NCBI GenBank assembly: GCA_964644695.1
Contig: CAZXWN010000001.1
Location: 1 to 64,000, forward strand
Reading direction: 5' to 3'
DNA from: an uncultured bacterium
Lineage (GTDB): Bacteria > UBP4 > UBA4092
Length of the DNA: 64,000 bases
Positions 28,381 through 36,146 of the stretch are shown here, piece after piece. Below the pieces are notes generated by a model. The model was not told the origin of the DNA. It saw only the letters and a program-made list of their open reading frames with translations, and searched no databases. Both the position numbers and the translations under genes were made by a program. Position 1 is the first letter of the stretch. The number at the start of each line of letters is the position of its first letter.

Positions 28381-28884
28381 TTATTTCTGCGATGAATCGG
28401 GCCACTTATCATTGGCCAGAACAACGGATGTCTCAACCTGTCTTTCAGGAATAGACCAGTATTTTTTCAAGAGAAGATTCTTCTCCTCCGTAGATACTAA
28501 TCGGAATTCATGTTTCTGATAGAAAGAAATGGCCCAGCTGGCGTCCGACCATGTTCCAATCAAGATGGGTTTATCGGTCGTAGCGCATAAATGCTTCAGT
28601 AATTTACTTCCAATTCCTTTATTGCGGCTGACAGTGCGAACATAGGCATGCCGGATCAGATAAACATCTTCTTTGGGTTGAATTCCCATAACTCCAAGGA
28701 CTTCACCCTCTTCTTCATAACACCAGAAAAGAACTCCATCCATAATCTGCTGGCGCAATTCTGACTTCGGCATATAGGGTTCATGCCACCGGTCTGCAGG
28801 GATGACTCCCTTATAAGCCTGGGCAGCATCATTAATAATCTCAAATATGGTACTGAAATCAGATTCATAACATTGACGAATCAT
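28381..28884 (-). CDS. GNAT family N-acetyltransferase
   Basis: Acetyl-CoA motif YV....RNKGIGSKLL; AISFYQKH.F. Confidence 0.88.
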   Translation of the reverse strand: MIRQCYESDFSTIFEIINDAAQAYKGVIPADRWHEPYMPKSELRQQIMDGVLFWCYEEEGEVLGVMGIQPKEDVYLIRHAYVRTVSRNKGIGSKLLKHLCATTDKPILIGTWSDASWAISFYQKHEFRLVSTEEKNLLLKKYWSIPERQVETSVVLANDKWPDSSQK

Positions 28885-29028
28885 AAATATCCCTTTCAAA
28901 AGCAATCAAAACCACTTTGGAACCAAATTCATTATATCAAGGACTCAAGGCTTGCGGAATCAATCAGGTGGTGCCTATAATGGGAATAAGTTCCTGGGTG
29001 ATTGAAAAAAACTTCTGGAGGGTGTTCA

Positions 29029-29268
29029 ATGCCGCATGTGATTTGTGAGCCTTGTGTCAATATCAAAGACAAAGCCTGTGTCAATGTCTGTCCGGTGAAT
29101 TGTATCTACGATAAGGCTGAATGGAACCAACTCTTTATTCATCCCGATGAATGTGTGGATTGCACTTTATGTATAGAACCCTGTCCGGTAGATGCTATCT
29201 ATGCTCAGGATGATGTTCCTGAGAAATGGCAAGCCTATATTGCAAAGAATCAGGAAGCCTTTAAGTAA
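29029..29268 (+). CDS. Ferredoxin (7Fe/dicluster type)
   Basis: CEPCVNIKDKACVNVCPV.CIY and IHPDECVDCTLCIEPCPVDAI; GGAGG RBS; TTGCGG-18 bp-TATAAT upstream at 28952-28981. Confidence 0.93.
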   Translation: MPHVICEPCVNIKDKACVNVCPVNCIYDKAEWNQLFIHPDECVDCTLCIEPCPVDAIYAQDDVPEKWQAYIAKNQEAFK

Positions 29269-29293
29269 AGATTTTTAAGGTTTTATGTGACGA

Positions 29294-30229
29294 TTAGGGC
29301 TGATACCGAGAACCTTGACAGGTTCCTCGATGTTCAAACTCCAGACATATTTTGTCCAAAACCTGAGCCTTCATTAAACCCCATCGTGGGGCCAGACAGT
29401 GTTCTCCATATAATTCTCCAATAAACCGATGGATCACCATGTCTGGAGGCAGTAACTCCAGGAAATCACACACCAGGTGGATGTATTCTTCTGCCTCCAT
29501 TAACAGGATATTTCCTTCCCGCCATTGTTTTTCCATGACAGTATTGGGAGCGATATAGAGATGATGTATCTTACACGCCTTTACTTTTAACTGTGCCAGG
29601 AGTTTAGCCATATCCAGGATATCTTCCCGGGTATCTCCCGGTAATCCGAGGATGGTATGAATGCACACATCCAGTCCATATTCGTGGGTCAGATGAACGG
29701 CATCCATGAATTCCTGAAATGTGTTTTTACGATTGATGGATTCCAGCGTGGAATCTTTCATGGATTCTAGTCCATACTCTACGAGGACATAATAATCCCG
29801 GTCTTTATAACTTCGAATCAACTCTAATTTTTCCCGGTCGATACAGTCAGGACGGGTCCCAATGGAAATTCCGATGACTTCTGGAAAGGTGAGAGCTCTA
29901 TCGTACAAGTCTTTCAAATGACTGACTGGGGCGTATGTGTTGGAGTAGGCCTGAAAATAGACGATGAATTTTTTTGCTTTCCGTTTCAGACGGTAATACT
30001 CAATCCCTTTGGCGATTTGTTCTTCAATGGGGATTCCACCCAGACGAGCGCCTGGACTGAAAGAGATATTGTCACAATAGGTACAGCCTCCATATCCACG
30101 AGATCCGTCCCGATTAGGACAGGTGAATCCGGCATCAATGGGAATCTTATAGATTTTATCCGGGAAGGAGTCCTTCAAATACTGATTAAAAGTATAGAAG
30201 TAAGGCCGTTCTGTTTTTATATCCATCAT
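29294..30229 (-). CDS. TIGR01212/YhcC-family radical SAM protein
   Basis: IDAGFTCPNRDG..G.GGCTYC, YFQAYSNTY, GTRPDC and H.ILGLPG motifs. Confidence 0.92.
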   Translation of the reverse strand: MMDIKTERPYFYTFNQYLKDSFPDKIYKIPIDAGFTCPNRDGSRGYGGCTYCDNISFSPGARLGGIPIEEQIAKGIEYYRLKRKAKKFIVYFQAYSNTYAPVSHLKDLYDRALTFPEVIGISIGTRPDCIDREKLELIRSYKDRDYYVLVEYGLESMKDSTLESINRKNTFQEFMDAVHLTHEYGLDVCIHTILGLPGDTREDILDMAKLLAQLKVKACKIHHLYIAPNTVMEKQWREGNILLMEAEEYIHLVCDFLELLPPDMVIHRFIGELYGEHCLAPRWGLMKAQVLDKICLEFEHRGTCQGSRYQP

Positions 30230-30254
30230 TTTCTTGATTGGTTTTGGGAATTTG

Positions 30255-30782
30255 TCAGGACTGGCTGGCCAGTGCTTTGATTGTTTCCGCCATGAAAGCC
30301 GGGAGGTCATCCGGACAGCGGGAAGTAATCAGATTCCCATCCACACAGACTTCCATATCTACATACGTGGCTCCGGCATTGATAATGTCATCTTTTACTG
30401 CAAAAAAGCAGGTTGCTGTTTTATTTTTCAAGAGGTTGGTTGAGCAGAGAACCCAGGCCCCGTGACAAATGGAAGAAATGACTTTTCCCTGATCACCCAT
30501 ATCCTGGACTAACTGGTTCACTTCCGGGAAGCGGCGGAGAATATCGGGAGCATAACCGCCGGGAATAATCACACAATCCAGTTCGGAGGCTTTCACTTCA
30601 TGAATGGATTTATCAACAGGACATTCATATCCATGTTTACTTTTATAGACGGGTTTTGTTCCGGTACCGACACGCCAGACAGTGGCTCCGGCTTCTTTCA
30701 AGCGGAAATACGGATACCAAACTTCCTGGTCTTGATAGATATCTTCGACCAATATCGCGATTTTTTTACCTTGTAAATTCAT
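30255..30782 (-). CDS. PfpI/DJ-1 family protein
   Basis: IPGGYAPD, SICHG.W and DGNLITSR.PDDLP.F motifs. Confidence 0.93.
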   Translation of the reverse strand: MNLQGKKIAILVEDIYQDQEVWYPYFRLKEAGATVWRVGTGTKPVYKSKHGYECPVDKSIHEVKASELDCVIIPGGYAPDILRRFPEVNQLVQDMGDQGKVISSICHGAWVLCSTNLLKNKTATCFFAVKDDIINAGATYVDMEVCVDGNLITSRCPDDLPAFMAETIKALASQS

Positions 30783-30862
30783 GGGGCAACCTCCGTCTGA
30801 AAGTAGTGTCTTCTTACTATTTTAATATAACCTGATTGCCCCCCTGATTATATAGGGATAAA

Positions 30863-30909
30863 ACGAACCACCCACGGACTTGCTCCGAGCTGCTCCGTGG
30901 AGGGTTCGT
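30863..30909. repeat. 47-bp spaced palindromic element, copy B
   Basis: ACGAA-ccaccc-ACGGA-ctt-GCTC-c-GAGC-tgc-TCCGT-ggaggg-TTCGT. Confidence 0.85.
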
Positions 30910-31065
30910 TTGTTGAATTTACCATAGTTAGAGATAACTCTATTCAAGTCAAAGGGTTGATTTGTTTTTTGGTTTACAGAGTGGGGTTGTGGTCTTATAA
31001 TCAAGAAAGGATAGGACTGAGTGAATAATTGCAGGTGCGTTTATAAATATGTGGCGAGGTGATGG

Positions 31066-31416
31066 ATGATGAAAAAGACTCTGTTTGCAGTAACTAAACC
31101 CTGGCTGGGTACAGTTGAAGAGAAAGATAGAGAGTTTGCTGTCCTCGCATTGGAAAAATTCTTTCACAACCTTGAATCTGAACCTGTCAAACCCTATGCC
31201 GTCTGTTTCTATACGGAAGGTGTCAAAGCCTGTTGTGAAGGTTCGCCTTTCTTTGAAGCATTGGAAGCCCTTGATAAAAAGGGAGTGAAAATCCTCGTTG
31301 CCCAAATCAGTCTTGATTACTATCATCTCCGGAGTAAAGTTGTTGTGGGGAATGTTGTAGATATGAACGATATTGTCGGGATGATGATGATTGTTGACCA
31401 GGTAATCACGGTATAA
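31066..31416 (+). CDS. DsrE-like protein (resembles the DsrE domain of YedF-type proteins)
   Basis: FY..GVK..CEGS...EAL..L...GV.IL....LDYY.L..KV.VG.V..M.DIV pattern. Confidence 0.7.
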   Translation: MMKKTLFAVTKPWLGTVEEKDREFAVLALEKFFHNLESEPVKPYAVCFYTEGVKACCEGSPFFEALEALDKKGVKILVAQISLDYYHLRSKVVVGNVVDMNDIVGMMMIVDQVITV

Positions 31417-31434
31417 TTTTTAATAGAACTTTCG

Positions 31435-31467
31435 AATGAAAGAAGGTTCGTCCTTCTTTCATTTTTT
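31435..31467 (+). terminator. Intrinsic terminator
   Basis: Stem AATGAAAGAAGG/CCTTCTTTCATT followed by a T run. Confidence 0.7.
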
Positions 31468-31486
31468 ATTTTAAGGTGGAACTGAC

Positions 31487-32329
31487 ATGTCGGAACTTCA
31501 CAAATTCACCATGGGTCATAGTCCGGATGCGGATGATGCATTCATGGCATATCCCATTATTAAGGGATATGTCGATACGTATGGATTCGAGATTGAAGAG
31601 GTGATGGCAGACATCCAGACTCTGAACCAATGGGCGCAGGAAGAACGACTGGATGTGACGGCTTTGTCAGCCTATGGATACGGATGGGTCAGTGACCGGT
31701 ATGACCTGGTACCTTATGGGGCCAGTGTGGGGAGGATGTACGGGCCAATTGTTGTGGCTCCCCAACCACAGGGTTATAACTATTTAAAAACCTGTCGGAT
31801 CGCTGTTCCGGGTGAACAGACTACGGCTTTCCTGATCCTTAAATTAATGTTGGGTGATTTTGATTACTCTATTGTGAATTTTCAGGAAATCCCTGAGCGG
31901 GTCCAGAAAGGTGAATTTGGGGCGGGTCTTGTCATTCATGAAGGCCAGTTGACCTTTAGTGATTATGGCTTGGTTAAAGTGGCGGATATGGGGGAATGGT
32001 GGTACGAAACAACGGCATTACCCTTACCATTAGGGGTGAATGCTATCCGCAAGAGCCTGCCTCTTGAAACCAAAAAACTCCTGGCGTGTATCCTTCGGGA
32101 TGGTGTTCAATGGGCACTGGACCACAGGGGAGAGTCGATACAGTATGCCAGCCAGTTCTCAGGTTCCGTAGATGAAAAACGATTGAATCGGTTTATCGAA
32201 ATGTATGTCAATCAGGATTCCAGGGATTGGGGCTCAGAATTGGAACGGGCCATAAATCTTCTTTTCAAGCTGGCCAAAGAAAAAGCTCTCTTGCCTTCAA
32301 CCGCTGAAGTAAATCTCATCCGGGGATGA
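31487..32329 (+). CDS. mqnD: 1,4-dihydroxy-6-naphthoate synthase (futalosine menaquinone pathway)
   Basis: GHSPD.DDAFM, DIQTLN, YGP.VV, AVPG..TTA.L, IHEGQLT, LPLPLG and YVN motifs. Confidence 0.9.
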   Translation: MSELHKFTMGHSPDADDAFMAYPIIKGYVDTYGFEIEEVMADIQTLNQWAQEERLDVTALSAYGYGWVSDRYDLVPYGASVGRMYGPIVVAPQPQGYNYLKTCRIAVPGEQTTAFLILKLMLGDFDYSIVNFQEIPERVQKGEFGAGLVIHEGQLTFSDYGLVKVADMGEWWYETTALPLPLGVNAIRKSLPLETKKLLACILRDGVQWALDHRGESIQYASQFSGSVDEKRLNRFIEMYVNQDSRDWGSELERAINLLFKLAKEKALLPSTAEVNLIRG

Positions 32330-32440
32330 TTTTTCCATAACCTTCATTCTCTCTTCGTTTCACCTTCGTTTTAACAGCCGATATTGTTAGTCATGTCAAG
32401 GTATTGTCTGAATTAATGAGGGATTTTGCAGAGGGATAAG

Positions 32441-33859
32441 TTATTTCTTCTGATAATGGATGACTCGAATGGGGAAAGGTTGTTCCTGATAGAAAGTTGT
32501 ATTTGCCGAATAGTGAGATGTTAGCCATGCTTCCGCAGGATTGACAGGATTGTAACTTCCATCTTCAACCCAGAACAGCCAAACCTCAGATGATGCTCCG
32601 ATTTTATCAATCAAATCCAATTTTGTGATATTTCCAGTCTGGATCCCACGAATTGGAATCTTCTCTCCAAGGTGATATTTCAAAACTGTATCATGGTAAT
32701 GGGGATAGACACAAATGGGGGTAATGTCGTTTGATTTCCGATCCATGGAAGAAATGGCTTTTATCCAGGGCGTTTTCTGTGGGGTACTGAATTGATAGAA
32801 GAGGCTGACTCCCGATAATATCAGAACTATAAATCCCAGTATCGTCAGCCATCGGGATGAATCCAAATATCGCCATCCCACACAGGTCCCGCTAATCAAC
32901 AAGGGCAGAGATAAGAGTGTGTATCGATTAGTGAAATAGAGTGGTTTATACAAAATGGATACGGCAGCCAGTAATATTAGGGGAGCACTAAGAAGAATCA
33001 GAATGGCCCATTTTTTATTTTTGAGCAGTAGAAAGAATCCCGTTCCACAGAGAATCCCCCACAGGCCGTATTGAATCCAGAATACCATTAAAGGTTGTGT
33101 GTTATTAAATAATCCCAGTGTGAATATTTTGAACGTGTCCACCAACATCTTCATCGAAAATGAGGGTATCCATTCCAGACCATCAGCTGGAATTCGGGAG
33201 AGGAAATAAATCCATGGGAGCGTAAACAAAAGAATCCCCCCCTGACAGGTAATCAGGGGCAGCCAGGGCTTCTTATCTTTTATGGATATTGTCCATAACC
33301 ACCCGACCAATCCGGCAATCCCCACCCAGAAGACACCCAGGACTTGGACATAGATGCAAAGAACAGAGGATAACATATATAAAAAACAGTCAGATTTTCT
33401 GGAAGACTGAATTAGTCTCGACAATGAATGGAGGGAAGCCAGATACAGGAAAATCCAAAGTGTGTATCCTCGTGCTTCCTGAGAGTAATATATTAATAAG
33501 GGAGACACTGCAGCCCATAAACCGGCCCACCGGCCCGTTGTTTCATCCGACCAAAGGACAGTTAGCCGATAGATCAACCATACGGACATCAGTCCAAAGA
33601 GCAAAGGCAGGATCCTTACATGACCCGGAGTTGTTCCTCCTGTTACCCAGATACGATATAAGATATGGTCCTGTATGAAATAGCGGAGATGAAGGCCTGC
33701 CCCAATTTGAGACCAGACTTCTTGAAGGGGCTGGGTTGCACGGGTAAGGGTGTATATTTCATCCAACCAGAAATCTTCCCGGCCTAAATGAAAAGCCCGG
33801 GTAAGGGTTGCGATAACCAACAGGGAAAATCCGTATATCCATTTATTTAATTTATTCAT
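32441..33859 (-). CDS. GT-C fold (PMT/ArnT-like, GT39/GT83) membrane glycosyltransferase
   Basis: LG.EDFWLDE.YT after TM1, AVSP..IYYSQEAR.Y, RY motif; many TM helices. Confidence 0.85.
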   Translation of the reverse strand: MNKLNKWIYGFSLLVIATLTRAFHLGREDFWLDEIYTLTRATQPLQEVWSQIGAGLHLRYFIQDHILYRIWVTGGTTPGHVRILPLLFGLMSVWLIYRLTVLWSDETTGRWAGLWAAVSPLLIYYSQEARGYTLWIFLYLASLHSLSRLIQSSRKSDCFLYMLSSVLCIYVQVLGVFWVGIAGLVGWLWTISIKDKKPWLPLITCQGGILLFTLPWIYFLSRIPADGLEWIPSFSMKMLVDTFKIFTLGLFNNTQPLMVFWIQYGLWGILCGTGFFLLLKNKKWAILILLSAPLILLAAVSILYKPLYFTNRYTLLSLPLLISGTCVGWRYLDSSRWLTILGFIVLILSGVSLFYQFSTPQKTPWIKAISSMDRKSNDITPICVYPHYHDTVLKYHLGEKIPIRGIQTGNITKLDLIDKIGASSEVWLFWVEDGSYNPVNPAEAWLTSHYSANTTFYQEQPFPIRVIHYQKK

Positions 33860-33930
33860 CAGTTCAGATAGGATAAACCATGATTTATAATCATGCCAAG
33901 TGTTACTTGTTTATGGGAGGGTCAGATATT

Positions 33931-35169
33931 ATGAGTTATTCATGTAAAACCCAATGGATTGGTGTGTTTTGCTTTTTCATGATGGGAGTATGGAGTCCAG
34001 TGTTGGGAGATTCTGTTGAGTGGGGTATTGACCGTGATTATGCCTTGGAATCTGTAAATCGAATTATCCAGGGAGATAATTATAAGGCCCCTGAGTATGC
34101 GCTCGAACTCATGGTTGATGTGGATACTCTCCGTTATCCAAAGTCTGTTGACGAGTTTCATAAAATTGCCGCCACTCCACCCCCAGCCCAACAGAAAACA
34201 GGGGGATGCTGGTGTTATTCCGCCACATCATTATTGGAATCCGAGGTTATCAGGCAACAGAAAAAACAGGTAGATTTGTCTGAACCATATACTATTTACT
34301 GGGAATATATCAACAAGGCAGAATCATATATAAAAAGCCATGGTTCATCTTATTTCAGTGTTGGTTCTCAACCCAATGCGGCGGTTCGTGTCTGGAAGAA
34401 ATACGGTATTGTTCCTTTTGATGTCTATAAGGGTCGTGGATATGGTCAGGAATCCGTGCTGAATCACTTCCCCATGTTTTATGAGATGAAATCCATCCTC
34501 ACTACGGTGCAGGTAAACCAACAATGGGATGAACCCTGGGTGATGGATTCAGTCAAAAGTGTTCTAAACAAATATTTGGGTGGTAATCCTCCCAGTTCGT
34601 TTGTCTGGAATGGAAATCATTATACCCCTCAAAGTTTTATGAAGGATTACTTGAAAATAAATCCCGATGAATTTGTAGATGTCTTATCTCTGGGGAATCG
34701 GTCTTTTTATCAATGGGTCGATTATTCTGCACCCGATAACTGGTGGCATGCTGATAACTACTGGAATGTTCCAATAGATGACTTTCATCGTATTGCTAAC
34801 ACCGCATTAAAAAATGGATATACTGTTGTATGCGTCGGTGATATTAATGAACCTGGATATCGGAAGGATGCAGGCATCGCTATTGTTCCCACCTTTGATG
34901 TTCCTCCCGCGGGACTTACTGATGAATCAAAACTGTACCGATTCTTAAAGGGTGAAACTTCTGATGATCATGCCATTCAACTGATAGGGTACCTGAAACA
35001 AAATGGATATTACTGGTATCTGGCGCGGGATACCGGAACCACTGGATGGAATTCAAATCACCCAGGATATTTCTTTATCCGAGAAGACTATTTCAAGTTT
35101 AAAATGATGAATCTGCTTGTGCACCGTGATGCTTTAAATAAAGCCAGAGTTCATTTTATGCCACGATGA
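33931..35169 (+). CDS. Secreted C1 (papain/bleomycin-hydrolase-like) cysteine peptidase
   Basis: Q..TGGCWCYS (oxyanion Gln and catalytic Cys), DLSE, DDHAIQLIG (His); N-terminal signal; GGGAGG RBS. Confidence 0.85.
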   Translation: MSYSCKTQWIGVFCFFMMGVWSPVLGDSVEWGIDRDYALESVNRIIQGDNYKAPEYALELMVDVDTLRYPKSVDEFHKIAATPPPAQQKTGGCWCYSATSLLESEVIRQQKKQVDLSEPYTIYWEYINKAESYIKSHGSSYFSVGSQPNAAVRVWKKYGIVPFDVYKGRGYGQESVLNHFPMFYEMKSILTTVQVNQQWDEPWVMDSVKSVLNKYLGGNPPSSFVWNGNHYTPQSFMKDYLKINPDEFVDVLSLGNRSFYQWVDYSAPDNWWHADNYWNVPIDDFHRIANTALKNGYTVVCVGDINEPGYRKDAGIAIVPTFDVPPAGLTDESKLYRFLKGETSDDHAIQLIGYLKQNGYYWYLARDTGTTGWNSNHPGYFFIREDYFKFKMMNLLVHRDALNKARVHFMPR

Positions 35170-36078
35170 TTACTTAATGTTTTTCAAAGTGGGTGAATTT
35201 TTCACAAACCGGGACATATAATTTTTACTGAAGGCAACTGCATCATGCGGTAATACTGTATGAATAAAGACATGGGAGTTGTTCTTCAGTACCTCTGTAA
35301 CCCCGGCATCATTGTCCCCATCATTTATGACGGTGAAAGGAACCTTGGCGACCGCCATATTAGTCATCATTCGTAGATGATAATTAGTTTGGTGATCGGT
35401 ATATAAGCCTCGAAACACCGTCTTGGGATTCGTGGTAACCAGATTCGACAAATCATCCTGGAAATCATAGGCCGCATCAAACAGCCAAATTTCTTTGATG
35501 AATTGATTCATTCCACCCTGTTTGAGACAGAAAGCAGTAGGTCGATATCCACCAGAATATCCACCGATAATCAGAGTGTTTAGTTTGGCGTTTTGAGGTA
35601 TTACCTTTTGAGATTTCCAAACATTGATCAATTCATTAATCATTAAGGCAAACTCACCAGGTTTTTCCATCTTGCCGCCCGAAGAATCGGGCGCATTTTT
35701 AGGACCCTGTGGAACAACCAGAATTGCATTCTTTCTAGCTTCACAGAAATATTCACCGGCTTTACAGTTGGTAATAAAGAGGGGAGCCTCATTAACATGC
35801 CCATGATAAATCACAACAATGTCGAGTTTTGCTCCCGGTTGATAACCTTTGGGGATGGCAAAGGCTACTTGATTATCATCATAATGTCCCTCATAGGGAT
35901 AGGTATTCGTATTTGTTTTATACCCATCTTTTCGGCTGTCATCAGGGAATAATGCATGTTCCAGATGGGTGATTCCCATAGTCCCCCAATCTTGTTTAGA
36001 CCATTCAATCGGTGTTGCCGCCATTAATAAGCTGGGTATCATTGCAATCAAAAGACCTTTCCACATCATCATTATCAT
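35170..36078 (-). CDS. Secreted alpha/beta-hydrolase-fold protein
   Basis: Signal peptide; YHG, nucleophile elbow GYSGG, LFDA.Y and a late His. Confidence 0.65.
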   Translation of the reverse strand: MIMMMWKGLLIAMIPSLLMAATPIEWSKQDWGTMGITHLEHALFPDDSRKDGYKTNTNTYPYEGHYDDNQVAFAIPKGYQPGAKLDIVVIYHGHVNEAPLFITNCKAGEYFCEARKNAILVVPQGPKNAPDSSGGKMEKPGEFALMINELINVWKSQKVIPQNAKLNTLIIGGYSGGYRPTAFCLKQGGMNQFIKEIWLFDAAYDFQDDLSNLVTTNPKTVFRGLYTDHQTNYHLRMMTNMAVAKVPFTVINDGDNDAGVTEVLKNNSHVFIHTVLPHDAVAFSKNYMSRFVKNSPTLKNIK

Positions 36079-36094
36079 CCTGTATAAAAAATAA

Positions 36095-36129
36095 AAAAGC
36101 AGGATTACATGTAATGCAATCCTGCTTTT
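36095..36129 (-). terminator. Intrinsic terminator after the GH84 gene
   Basis: Stem AAAAGCAGGATT/AATCCTGCTTTT with a long T run on the minus strand. Confidence 0.75.
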
Positions 36130-36146
36130 GATTATAAACCTATTTA

